A DNA stretch of 61,822 bases, filler included, from Sphacelaria rigidula (taxonomy: Eukaryota), in NCBI GenBank assembly GCA_964200075.2. It is 11 parts of 11 records of this genome, joined end to end, with 100 filler letters (N's around TTAATTAATTAA, not from the genome) between each part and the next. Parts side by side here need not be neighbours in the genome. Positions count along the whole stretch, not along the records: positions 1 to 5,530 come from CAXNAA020026592.1; positions 5,631 to 11,160 come from CAXNAA020026593.1; positions 11,261 to 16,790 come from CAXNAA020026594.1; 8 more parts are not named here. One strand, written 5' to 3'. Made by a program: the position numbers and the translations under genes. Every line of letters starts with the position of its first letter. The stretch's first letter is position 1. Under the pieces are notes generated by a model that saw nothing but the letters and a program-made list of their open reading frames with translations, had not been told where the DNA came from and did not search any database. Positions 1-11,375 of the stretch are shown one piece after another.

Positions 1-931
1 CGTCCCGGCTCTGTAGGGATGGGAGATCAATGGTCCTATGACTATGGCATGCATGATCATGAGTACACCCCACAAATGCGCACGGGGTAGTACATATTGT
101 ATACTGTACAAATGAAAAAATAAACATCTCAATTGCTGCCCGTCGCAAAAAAAACGACAGGAATTGCCTGCAAGCAGACATGGTGGCACAGCTGGGCTAT
201 TTGCAATTTGAAAAACTGCACCCCGGCCTTCATAGATTGCGGGATTAAAAACTTTGATGCACCGCATGATTATTGTCTGTACAACAACGTAACGCACAGC
301 TTATCACACTACAACAGTAACCCGCGCTGTATCTCGCGAACGTCCACAACTGCCGTTTTCGGTGATTACACAACAACTTGGACGGTGATCCTGCCTCCAC
401 GATCGCACATGGAAATCGGCACTCTGATTTGACACCGCACCAAGCAAAACGTGTATCAAGTGGCGCCACGTGCCGCAGCAATCGCAAAAACAGGACCGTG
501 ATTCCCGAATCTCTAGTGAGACGATCGAAACATCGTAAAACACCACGCTTCACGGACGAAACCTCGTGCACCCGGAGCTAAAGGTCAAGTGAGCACGGTG
601 CTGCAAGAGTTTCCTCATTATATGCAGCAGGACTACTTCTACGCTGGCGGAACAGCATCGATCTGTACACGGGTACTCTCTGGATTATGACTTTTTCACA
701 GAAATCTCTATCGGAGTATCGCCTGTTCAGGTCCTGATCCTACTCGGTACCACCGTACAGTATGCGCGCTGCCGCAGCTGCGAGGCACTGAAACTTTGCA
801 CGCGTGTCCTCTGAATACCAGTGAACAATCTTATGCCCATATATATCGAGTTAGGCGCTGCCGCAGCAGCGCGCAACGGGGTCAAAACAAGCCAGATATA
901 TGTTCCGGAAAAGATGTTTTATTTTTATTTA

Positions 932-1080
932 GGCGCAACACTGCCTCGGGTAAGAGGTACGCATGTGATATCCTGTGCAAAGTGTGCGGCGTTGACAGAG
1001 CTGAAGTCGCCGATTCAGGTGCCGATATGAGCAATAACGCGTGGTGCACCCCCTGACAGCGAAGCATCCGGCCCATTCGA
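932..1080 (+). pseudogene. Possible BED zinc-finger remnant of a hAT-type transposase
   Basis: After TTTAG reads RYACDILCKVCGVDRAEVADSGADMSN, then in a shifted frame VVHPLTAKHPAH; resembles CxxC...SN..H...KHP. Confidence 0.35.
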
Positions 1081-1100
1081 GTCCATGTAGAGTATGCCAA

Positions 1101-1190
1101 TAGAGGTATCTCAAACTCGATCTTTCCGATATTTTTTACTGAAAAGCGATGTGAAATATACCGCGAAATCTCGGGTTTGAGATACCTCTA
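1101..1190. mobile_element. ~90-bp MITE with TAGAGGTATCTCAAAC terminal inverted repeats
   Basis: TAGAGGTATCTCAAAC(T/C)CGA is inverted at both ends. Degenerate copies at ~1211-1292 and ~44221-44310. No clean TSD. Confidence 0.65.
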
Positions 1191-1394
1191 AATGCGCCCA
1201 TTTCGTGTGATGGAGGTGTCACCAACTCGAAGTTTCCCGTATATTTAACAGCAATTTACCGTCAGCTATATCTTGAGTTTCAGATACCTCCTACGAGCTG
1301 GGTGGGCCTTGACGCGAATTTGAGCTCTCGAAGCAATATCTCGTCGAAATAGACGAGTTGAGCCGTGATCCGCATATCGTATTAGTCGTCTAAG

Positions 1395-1419
1395 ACAACA
1401 ACAACAACAACAACAACAA
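1395..1419. repeat. (ACA)n microsatellite
   Basis: About 8 perfect ACA units. Confidence 0.9.
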
Positions 1420-2181
1420 TCAAGGGAAAGCATGTGCTCAAAAGTCTGGACCAATTTTTTCTCGTTGACTAAACCGTATGTCTAGTAATATCTATACCGT
1501 ACGGAGATAGTGTCGATACTAAAGTCTATATGAAACCCCGAACGATATATACATCGAATGGTGACGATTTTTGGTGCGGATATTCCCTTCAGCGCGGGGA
1601 AACGATCGATGCCCTCACTTTCGCCTAATTCGTAATCTTTGTCGAGATATGGCCCACATAATTTTTCGATACTAAAAACAACATATTTCGAGCGGAGGTA
1701 CTAAATGCGCTGAATCTGGATATTGCGTCCCAGTTTTTGAGAATTGTGCTTCGAAATTTCGTATGGACAATTGCTAGTGCATACTTAAGAAAAAAATCAG
1801 CACTTTCCGGGGTTTCTTCGTTTTTCCTCTATTTTTTTTCGTTTTTATAGGGAATTTTCAACGAAAAGTGGACAACGTTCTCGGACATCCTCAGTTCTTC
1901 AGCCCAGTTTTTAGACTTGAGATTTGGAGCTCATCATCGGAGAATCGCAAAGGCATGTCGAAGGAAAAAAAAAATGAGCCTTCATTTTTTAATGAGGTAT
2001 GGGCGTTCTCGTGGAAATACGGTATTTACTGTACTCAAGCATCCCAAACAAGGGGGGGAAAGTAATAGAAAGCAACCGATCCCTCTTATTTTGGTTTGCT
2101 GAGGTCTAGCGAGTTCCCACACAAATATTCAAAACACAAGTACCAAACCTTGGCCTAGAAATATTGTTGCGGATTCCGCCC

Positions 2182-2569
2182 GTTTGTTGATCGCCCCGTC
2201 TCACCTCAATTTTGCGAGTTGAACTTCGAAATTTGGTACGGAGGAACAATAGGGCATGCCCAAAAGCTGTCGGTCGGGACCAACATATTTTTTTTGTCGT
2301 GCGTTAATGGTACTGATTTGGTATGGAGAAAGAACAGGGCATGCTAAAAAGCTGTCGATCGGGACCGGGACCAACACATGTTTTTTCGTGATTGAACGGT
2401 ACTGATTATTGCCTTTAACTCACGAGGATTTATATATATATATATATATGTACGTATCTTGTATATGTTGGTCCCCATTGACAGCTTTTTTAGCATGCCC
2501 CATCTTCCTCAGTACCAAATTTCAAAGTCTAACTTGAAAAATTGAGGTGAGACGGGATCATCTGCAAAC
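2182..2569. mobile_element. Foldback/MITE-like element with ~105-bp inverted arms
   Basis: 2182-2288 matches the reverse complement of 2463-2569 (cccgtctcacctcaatttt...gaaatttggtac...gggcatgc..aaaagctgtc...ggaccaacatat). Internal partial direct copy at ~2315-2380 and a (TA)n tract. Confidence 0.75.
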
Positions 2570-3703
2570 CACAAATTCGCGTGTACGCCGGCCCAGTTCG
2601 CTCTGTTCCTGAAATGCATATCCCGAGCTCTTTCGCAGTCACAAGATTTGGAGGGTCCGGGTCTTCCAAGTGTGAATTTTACTTTTGGTGGAAGAGATTT
2701 CAAGCGCTAACCTGACTTGAGAGAAGTTTTCGTGTGGGTGCATTGACTGGTGGAAATCGTTTCCATCCACCATGTAATGCGAGATGACCATCTCGTTGTG
2801 TTGTTTGTGTTTGTGTGTGTGTTTGTAGTTGCTGTTGTTGTTGTTGTTGTTGTCGCTGCTTCCCTTCTTTCCTTTCTGTGGCTGTTGCTTCTGTATTTTT
2901 CTCTTCCTTTCCTTCTTTCTTATTCTGCTCTTTTTTTGCCGCTGCTGAGGGCCCTTCTCAGGCCCTGTCTTAGCACATCAATTTTCGATCGGAAAAGTGC
3001 CGTGGAAAACAAAAATCCCGATCTGATAGGCCATGATTTCAACCATCTTCAGACCTGAGTCCTATCGAGAAGCAGTTTTGTATAGATTGGACCCCAGACC
3101 TGCACGTGAGTTCAGAAATGCGGCAGGGCTGTAAATGGTCGTTAGGCCAAGGTCTGTGTAATGCTGCAGACGATGAACAACAAGGCAACACAATACCTAC
3201 ACACCCAGCCCCGACGAAACACACAGAGACACCCACCACTCACGTGCATTAGTTTCCCTGCTAGCCCTTGCTAATCTGCACACGGCAGCCCTTGTTTGAC
3301 GGAAATCCGTTCTGTATTGGACGAATGGCGGCCGCGTGCGCGTCGAAAACAACCGAGAACGTGTCTTTGCTGACCGTTTTGTAGGCGTGTGCTGCGCGCG
3401 CGTCTCACACAAATCATCATTTCTCCATGAATTATGAACAGATTTGAGCACGGTCACGCACCACGTGCACAGCTGATGAGCAGCTAGGGCTCGAGCTGTG
3501 TGATTTTGGCTTGCAGGGCCATCAAGTTCCTCAGGTTCAGCTCTGATTGTGTTGAGTTGTGTGGTAAGCCCGTGTCAAGGGGACATGTACGGTATGTTCC
3601 CCTTCGAGGTGCACAGAAATCCCATCTCCAGAGGGGATTTCTGTGCGCGTTGAGGGGATTTTGTTTTTGGGCAGGGGGGTGGTATCGCAGCGACCAAGGA
3701 ACG

Positions 3704-3926
3704 GTGTGTGTGTGTCGCCGTCACTTCTATTCTGGATGCCAGTCTACACCTTTTGGTATATGTGGGCGCACCAGCCAGGGTCACACAGGAGGAAGGTAAA
3801 CACAGGAGTTTTTTCGCTTTTGTTTGTTTTTAGTACTCAACCTGTCTTCTGCGATGCTTGCCTTCATTTTTTATCGCGAGAGGGGTCCAGCTGTCCCTTT
3901 TCCTCGTTGACCGTTAAGTCGAATGA
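3704..3926 (-). mobile_element. tRNA-derived SINE, 5'-truncated copy
   Basis: Matches the body and tail of the full copy at 61093-61445 (gtcacacaggaggaagg..aacacagga); (CA)n tail on the minus strand. Confidence 0.8.
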
Positions 3927-3964
3927 ACGGTCGTTTTCAAAGAGGGGATTACCCCCTTCGTTAA

Positions 3965-4164
3965 CCCTTTGACCGTGAGGGTAGGTCACCTGCTGAATCG
4001 GCATCAATTTTCACTTGAAAATAATCACAATCCAGATGGACTACACGCACCTCAGTCCAAGGGTCAACCCATCGACAGCGAGAGCAGGTCATCTGTTGAA
4101 TCGGCAATAATTTTGCTTGAAAAAGTAAGCATTATTCAGGTGGACTACCCTGACGGTGTAAGGG
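3965..4164. mobile_element. Head-to-tail dimer of ~100-bp piggyBac-like MITEs
   Basis: TTAA(3961-64)|CCC...GGG|TCAA(4064-67)|CCC...GGG|TTAA(4165-68). Further copies at ~57090-57185, ~57560-57640 (rev) and ~57930-58015 (rev). Confidence 0.75.
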
Positions 4165-4174
4165 TTAAGAAGAA

Positions 4175-4482
4175 CCCTGACCACGGGCTGGGTGGTTTCA
4201 ATCAGCTTCGCTCTCTTCTTTCCTCTTCTTTTCCTTTTCTTTTTTCTTGTTTCAGGGCGGCCATTTCTTTCCGTGCTTTGCTTGTGTTGACTTTTTATTT
4301 TTTATTTGTCACGACTTGGCTGCTATGTCGTTCTGTTCGACTTTTTGTTTTATTCTGTTCCTTCTTTTTTTCAGGATGTGTTTCAGTTTCGTTTTTCTTG
4401 GGTACGTCCATCACGAGACCACGGCTGGACCCCCGGGGGGTCAGTTAACGTACGACAATCAATCAATCAATCAATCAATCAA
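4175..4482 (+). mobile_element. Probable LINE 3' end with (AATC)n tail
   Basis: Pyrimidine-rich UTR-like tract ending in gagaccacggctgga...cagttaacgtacgac followed by (aatc)6. Confidence 0.45.
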
Positions 4483-4560
4483 TGTAAGGTGATCAATCAA
4501 CCATCCATCCATCGTGAGACGGCTAGACTCGGCTCTGCGCCCCCTCGGCATATATTGAAA

Positions 4561-5162
4561 TCATTTCAGACAAAAAGTAGCCCCTCACTCCCTCCCTTCC
4601 TGACCATTCATGTATTGGTGTGCCAAGAGATCTATGCATGTTTTTGTGGTCGCATTTTGTTCGTTTGTTTGTTTGGGGGGGAGGGGGCTACGCAACAGGT
4701 TTGCATAGTTAATACATCAAGCGGAAACAACACAGTCTGCACAAACGAGGATACAGCTGTGAACAGCAGACCTGTAGCTTTGGGCGTAGATCTATGGTTG
4801 ATTTGTTCGAACAAACTACCAATAACGCCAACCCTAACCCCGACCCAGGGCGTACGAGATCCTCGGGCAAGGGGGGGTGCATAGGTTCTTCTATAATAGG
4901 CAACGTGTGCGTTGGCAGACCTCAAATCATCGCCGCAGGCGCCGATCTCGATAAAAACACGTTCTGGACAAGCTCATTTCAGAAAAAAAAGTCGCGCCCA
5001 CCCACCCTTCTCGTCCATGTAGTGGTGTGCCAAGAGATCTGTACATATTTTTTGCGGTGGCATTTTGTTTGGAGGGGGGAGGGGGCTACGCAAACAGGTT
5101 TGCACAACTTGTACATGCAGTGGCAACAACACAGCCTGCACAAACGAGAACACAGCTGTAAA
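4561..5162. repeat. Two diverged ~200-bp direct repeats (4561-4763, 4974-5162)
   Basis: Shared ggtgtgccaagagatct, gagggggctacgcaa and caacacag.ctgcacaaacgag. Confidence 0.8.
4820..4973 (+). repeat. Dispersed TAACCC-plus-hairpin repeat family
   Basis: aaccctaaccccgaccc...cgaga.cctcgggcaagggg...ggcgccgat.tcga..aaaacacgttctgga. Copies at ~5170-5300 (rev), ~18905-19045, ~57260-57500 and ~58085-58300. Confidence 0.8.
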
Positions 5163-5530
5163 GCCGGCTCAAAGGCGTCGATTTTAGCTATGGCAACACA
5201 CACTTTGCTCAAGAAACACTTCGCACCCCCCTTGCCCGAGGGTTCTCGGTATGCCCTGGTCGGGGTTACGGTTAGGGTTAGCGTTGGGGTTGGCAACATC
5301 TCAGTGGTACCAACCATTGTTTACTTACATCACGTGAGGTCTCCTCGTGAAGCCTCAAGTGGACTTTTGGGCATGAATCTATGGTTGAAAGCAGGACTAC
5401 TTCACTTAGCCTGGAGAAAGTTTTGAGAAAAATTATGGTTCGGGGCAGGTGAGCGGTGGACCCAAGCTCGTCCAGAACAGAGTTTGTCTCTTGCATCGCA
5501 CGTTTTCAAGGGTCGGACGAATAATGATTC

Positions 5531-5630
5531 NNNNNNNNNNNNNNNNNNNNNNNNNNNNNNNNNNNNNNNNNNNNTTAATTAATTAANNNNNNNNNNNNNN
5601 NNNNNNNNNNNNNNNNNNNNNNNNNNNNNN
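5531..5630. other. Artificial contig-joining spacer (first of ten)
   Basis: 44 N + TTAATTAATTAA (stops in all six frames) + 44 N. Same spacer at 11161-11260, 16791-16890, 22420-22519, 28049-28148, 33678-33777, 39307-39406, 44936-45035, 50565-50664 and 56194-56293. The contigs between are 5530 then 5529 bp, i.e. length-sorted. A separate 10-N scaffold gap lies at 29927-29936. Confidence 0.98.
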
Positions 5631-5868
5631 AAAAGACCCTCCCCACGCCGTACCGACAAGACCGGTCATGGCTTTCGTCGGAGGACGGGGAACGGAGAAG
5701 ACAACGGCGGCGCAATTCAAAAATGCTCAAAGTACAATCATGTGGCTCAAAAAGACAATTGCGGTACGCCGACGCCCGGAGATGCATGTAGCCTAGGGGC
5801 AACATTGTTATCGTGGTTAAATACATGACTACAGTGGAGAAAATGCATAGCAGGCGTCTATATGCTAG

Positions 5869-8800
5869 TTGATGGATAGCAAGTCTGAGCGTATGATCGG
5901 TGAACTCCATGATGTATGCAAGTCTAAGCGTATGCGCTTAGGTTACGAGGAAGTGATAGTGTGCGCTTTGGTATCAGCTGATCACAAGCTGGGTTGCCCT
6001 GAGAGCTTACCAGAAAACGCGGCGCAATTACTACCTGAGACGGGAGAACTGCGAGAGGGCTGGTTCAAGGTTGGCCAGCCGCGTGCAAGAAGGGGAGTCT
6101 AAGGACTTCAAACACGTGGTAGACCTGCGTGAGGAAGAGGCGCTGTGGCCATTCCCGTTTGGTGGCCAGTGTGTCTTGCAGCCGACTTCTTACGGAGATA
6201 CGTGAAATACGTGCGAGATGTAGATCATGGTGAAGGCGCGGTGGATAAACCTCTTTGAGGTGACAGCAGTTTCTGATCTCATGCCTGAACATATTGCGAT
6301 ATGTCTGTGTGACACGTTCTTGAAGCATGCTTATGATGTTGGGCACGAGCAGTTGCTTTTCGCGTTGCGCAAGCATGCGTCGTCGGGTGGGGTGAACGGC
6401 ACTGTGAAGCGCGCTCCAGTCACACAGCACGTGTCTGTCAGAGGGGACAGGCATGAGAGTGCTCTCGAATGCACTGGAAAAGCCGAGAATCATGTGTCTG
6501 CCAGAGGGGACAGGCGCGATAGTGCTCCCGCCGGACGTCCAGTCCGGTGGTCTGAGTCTCGAGCAACGATCGACGGCAGATGCTTGCACTGTGAAAGCCG
6601 ACAAGCATGTGTCTGCTCGAGGGGACCGGCACGACACTGCTCGAGGGGACAGGCACGACAGTGCACCCGCTGAACATGCAGTCGGTAGTGCGCGTCTTAA
6701 GCAACGATACAGGGCAGCTGTTGACACTGTGCAGAGCGCGAAGGAGGCACAGTACGTGTCGGTCAAGGCGGGTAGGCAGGAGAGCGCGCCCGCCGACAGG
6801 ACTACAGTAAGCACTGGTTCGCATGCTGCTGGTATTGCTGTTGGAGAGGGCGAACATACCACGCAGCTGGAGTGGAATACAGGCAGCTCACCTGCCGCTG
6901 TTGCCCTTCAGGAGCGCGCTGGGCAGGAGGTGGTGGCTATATTTGATCCAGCCGCTGCTGCCGCTGCTGTTGAAAGCGCGAAGCCAATTTGCTCCGATAA
7001 GCCCGCGCTGAGAGGCAAAGACCCTGGTTGCTTGTGGCCGCCGGACCAGCGCGTAATTGGGGACACACACCTTGCATGCTAGCCGCTGCAAGGAGGTGTC
7101 ATCTTCGTGATGAGAGTAAGCAGAGCAAGCAAGCTTGGGGCTTGCGATGCTCAGGGCGAGTCTATCTGCTCCAGTGATTCGGCGGGAGATTGTTCAAATG
7201 AGTTGCAGGGTTGTCTGCGTGCAGGAAAAGGGGATGCCGGGTTGGCGGATGTGGATTCGTTGTATTGCGTGGTGTTGCGGTGGTCGTCAGCATTGCTGTT
7301 TACATGAACAGCTTCGGCGTATTTGGCAGCGATGGCGAAGGTGTCTCCACTGTTGCGCCGCGGGGTGTTTGAGGAGGATAGTGCGCCATCAGGAGGTGTC
7401 GCTATTCGGGACTGTGTAGCTGTTCCCGTGTCGCCTCTCGTTTCCTCTGAACAACTGACTGAAGCACAGGTGTTGAGTACTGCCCAAGTATCTGTGGAGG
7501 CAGATGGCTTATCGCATTGGTTCGGCAGTACGGATATACCGTTTAGTGGCGAGCTGAGCGGCTCCACGAGGGTGCGAGCTGGAGCTGGACTCATGGCGCG
7601 AGGAGCGACTGTTAGAGTGGAAACGTTGCTCTACGCTGTGCACGGGGTCGTGGCTCGAGTGCTGCTGTTTCTCAGGAGCGGGCTGGAGGACTACAAAAGA
7701 AGGCAGTACCTGAGGTGTTTGCTGTTGTGGTGAGCGTCGAGTTGGGTGCTGATGTTGAGGAGCAAGTGCTGAGGTGATTGAGTGCTTGTTGAGAATGAGG
7801 AAACACATGATGATTGGTATTCGCGAATCATTTTGAGAATGATTGCGGCTTGTCATTGTGTGATTTGCGGTCATGTTTGCGCATAAATCATGGTTGTTAT
7901 GTAAGTATGATCGTATCGCGTGTGCAGGGTGAAAGTCTAGCGTACACGTGGATATTTGTGTTTTGTGTGTTGTGCTGATCTGGTTGGCACGGACTATGAT
8001 GCATGGTGTTTGCTGCGAGGAAGGCCGCATTGCATGTGCTGGGTGAGATGCTGGCATGCATTTGTGGAATGTTTGCCACAGTATGGTGCTAGTGCGCATG
8101 GTAACTGGCGAAGAGTCAGAGTGGGGCAGTTTTCAGTATACTGCTGTAGGCTCGATGAGGTGAACCTCGTATGTTCCTGCTCACACAGACACGCGGCGGA
8201 GTTTTCTTCGTGCGGTTTGTGGGTACTGACTGTCGGAGATGGTGATTGCTGCTGTTGGCGTTCAAATGAGCAGTAATTACGGTATGCATAGGCTCGTATG
8301 TGCGCAAGGAAAACGCGAGTGTTTCTTGTGGTTGAGGATGAGTGATCCTTAGCTTTGGAAAGTCTTTTGAGGGAATGTTTTATTTCCCTCTGGAAGGATC
8401 ATGTAGATGGAGTGCCTGTTTGTCTAAGGAAGTGGTGTAGGTGAGCTGCAAATATGTTGGGTCATGAAGTGCATTTTACATCGCGGTTAATCGACCGATG
8501 AGATATCATGGTCCTGAATCCAAGTTGGGATATTATATCTGGGTGCTTTGTGGGATGTACTCGATAAAAACGAGTTCGAGAACGATATCACTACGGGTGA
8601 TCAATGATGGCGGAGGTCGAGGTCCGTTTGCCCTTGTTGGGGTGGTATACATGGCTTGAAAAGCGGTTTGAGTCATGTCTTTCTCTTCAGTATGCTCATG
8701 AGTTGAGTGGTGCAATGAAGCTTTGAAGCTTTGACGAAGAAGAGGTGTCCGATGCACACATTTTCACGGAGTTGAACAAGCAAGAGACCAGTTGCGTTCT

Positions 8801-9137
8801 AGACGTGTTGGACACTTGTTTGATTCTAGTTTCAGGTATATTGCTTGGCTGTTGCACTCCCTTGCGCAGGTGTTGAACGTACGAAAGAGCATTTTGTATG
8901 TTGAACGGTATCGAATGCGAGAGACGAATCGTCACGATGGCTCACAGACTTGTCTGGAATCAGGACAAGGTCTAAGTGCTTGCTCCAAAGGCTTCCTCCC
9001 CAGCAGGGCTTCAGAGACTCCAAGACAGAGCAGTTGTACAAACAATTGTCTTCATCCAACCGGAAGTAAGCTTCATGGGCTTTCTTCACGAACACGATAT
9101 GCTACGCATCCAACAATAGTCAGTCAACCTCCAACCA
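5869..9137 (+). mobile_element. Degenerate LTR-retrotransposon-like element (possibly non-autonomous, Copia-derived)
   Basis: Broken gag-like ORFs (6227-7082) with HVSxRGDRxDSA repeats. Purine tract GAAGAAGAGG (8736-8745) is directly followed by TGT, the expected LTR start. No recognisable RT or integrase. The right boundary is a guess. Confidence 0.4.
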
Positions 9138-9539
9138 ATCAACCCAGGATCCACCGCATATCTACATGTTGCATGTGTACCGTACGTAGGTGGACTACGC
9201 TACAGCATCCTCCAAAACTTCGCTCTACTTGAAGTAGAAAGCGAATTTGACAAGACAGTAGACACCGACAGTACCCTACGATGTCGACAGGAGACATGCA
9301 TTCGATATCAGACCGCATCAGGTCAAAGCGCGATGCCCCCCCCCAGTACAATCCTAAAACACCAGCTCGAGCTACTCCAACGAACACCAAATTGCGTTGT
9401 AGAATCCACGAATTTCGCCAAAAACCAACCACAGCTTGAAACCCAATCAATCAGAGCGTGAGATCATACTTAGCCAGAAAACGCGCCCGTACCTGCTTTT
9501 TTAGTCGCAACTTACGCAATTCGGAACGTACAGACTGCG

Positions 9540-11096
9540 GGTCTCGTCCTTGCTGAAACCTACCCATTTCACGTCTACAACGAATCCATCACCCATCTTG
9601 AGCCTCGGAGAAGTCATCGATCGCCTCCATTTCGAACTCCCCGTGAGCAAACGCATACTGGAACAATTCCTTCAGATCCGCAGTGACCTTCAGTTCCTTG
9701 TCCGCGTAGTACCGTAGACGGGCGACATGCGCGTCCTTCACCTTTCCGTTGACGATATCCTGAATCTCGTACACGTGCTGATGCTCCGCTGCCACGATTC
9801 TTCACGGTACTGTCCACGTACTGACAAGTTTCGGCGTTGTGCCGTAACGCCTAACTCTCGCCGCCACCACACACATAATCACCAACCATAAAATTAGGTA
9901 ACTGTCCCCTACTGGCAACACATCGCTGTAACTCACGAGTCTTCTCCACGCGCTGCGCCACCTCCTTATCCAGCTCTTGTTGCGCCTCAACAACTGACGC
10001 CACCTTCTACCGCAGCCTGTCTTCATCCAGCACATTAAGTCGCCATTCGCCGCCGATCGACGAGGCCAGTGTCGAAAAGCTCGTGCGCGGTGCGCGTCCA
10101 AACATTACATGGTAGGGCGTACTGGCATATCGGTATCGCACCGCAGACACCAGTCCCACCCCCAGTCACGAATATCGCGCCGCTCCTCTTGAAGCATTGC
10201 CTTCATAGTACGGACAACATCTCTCATCATCCATCCGTTCACACGACCCGTTGGACCACGGCGAGTTGGCGACCGTTGACCTCCTGTCCAGTTTTAGCGC
10301 CTTTTCCAGCGCTCGCATCACACGGTTTTTGAAATGCGACGCGGTATCACTAACCCAAACCTCCGGTGGGCCAAACCTTTTGCACCACGTCAACAAACGC
10401 TGCACCGTCAAGGCAGCAGTGCAAACTTCCGTGGGTTCCAACCACACGAAATTGCTCAGATCTTCCATCATCACTAAAATGTACTTGTATCATTCGCCTT
10501 CATCCAATCTGCTCTTGCCCAAGGGACCAACCACTCTCACCAACGTAGAGATAATCAAAGTGCATCATCTCACCGGGCCGTGTACCATGAGCTGTCTCCC
10601 CTAGCGGTCGCGGGACCATCTCCCCAGTTTTGAATCCATGCCGTGTAAGCATTTTTTCACGAAATCGGTAACGTGAGCTTTCATCTGGTACCAACAACCG
10701 CATTCCTGTAATCGTTGCAATGCGGCCACAACCCCGCGGTGGCCTGCCCCCTTTATGTGGGCACACACCATCAAACTTGTCTGCAATTCTTTTGCTTGCG
10801 ACGGGATCCACAACACATGCTTACCTGCGACGTGCACGCAAAACAAGCCTTCACCGTCTTTCGAAACGCCCAATAGCGGCAGTACACGAGGTAGATCCAT
10901 CAACCATCACCCCGAACCCTGCGCGAGTCTGCTCCCGAGCTGGTCGGATGTCGTCCTTTGACGGTAGTGTGTCATCCGGCTCACCGCTTACGAATGAGGT
11001 TAGAGCACGAACAGACACTGCCGGAATATTAACCTACCTTGACAGCAAGTCTCCTCAGCAGTTGCGTTCCCCAGAAATATGCTCAATAGTGTAATC
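9540..11096 (-). mobile_element. Ty3/Gypsy pol remnant: RNase H end, integrase, chromodomain-like tail
   Basis: DYTIEHISGERNC*GDLLSR; zinc finger AHIKGAGHRG...VKKCLHG; catalytic core HFDYL, VWVSDTASHFKN, SPWSNGSCERM; tail HVARLRYY and GEFEMEAI...VKWVGF. Several stops and frameshifts. Confidence 0.92.
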
Positions 11097-11160
11097 GAGC
11101 AATGCTACGGTAGGGGTGCACTTTTTTCGCGAAATTTTGTCTGGTTCAGGGGCTCCTAAC
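11097..11160 (+). mobile_element. Left end of a Sola-like MITE inserted in the Gypsy pol
   Basis: GAGCAATGCTACGGTAGGGG...ttgtctggttcaggggctcctaac closely matches the start of 50900-51154. Cut by the contig end. Confidence 0.8.
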
Positions 11161-11375
11161 NNNNNNNNNNNNNNNNNNNNNNNNNNNNNNNNNNNNNNNN
11201 NNNNTTAATTAATTAANNNNNNNNNNNNNNNNNNNNNNNNNNNNNNNNNNNNNNNNNNNNGGGGGCGGGGGGGGGGCGGGGGGGGGGGGGGGGGGGGGGG
11301 TGGGGGGGGGGGGGGGGGGGGGGGGAGGACGGCGGTGCCGCGGGTGGCGGCAACTGCGGCCGGCGGAGGTGTAGA

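Noticed and set aside
3468..3505. Hammerhead ribozyme (CTGATGAG)
   Set aside because: No GAAA core after stem II.
5969..5980. tRNA-Met primer-binding site TGGTATCAG
   Set aside because: It is not preceded by an LTR-ending CA and diverges after 9 nt.
11261..11326. Poly-Pro or poly-Gly ORFs from G/C runs (also 29833-30017)
   Set aside because: Homopolymer tracts next to contig ends or gaps; low complexity with unreliable length.
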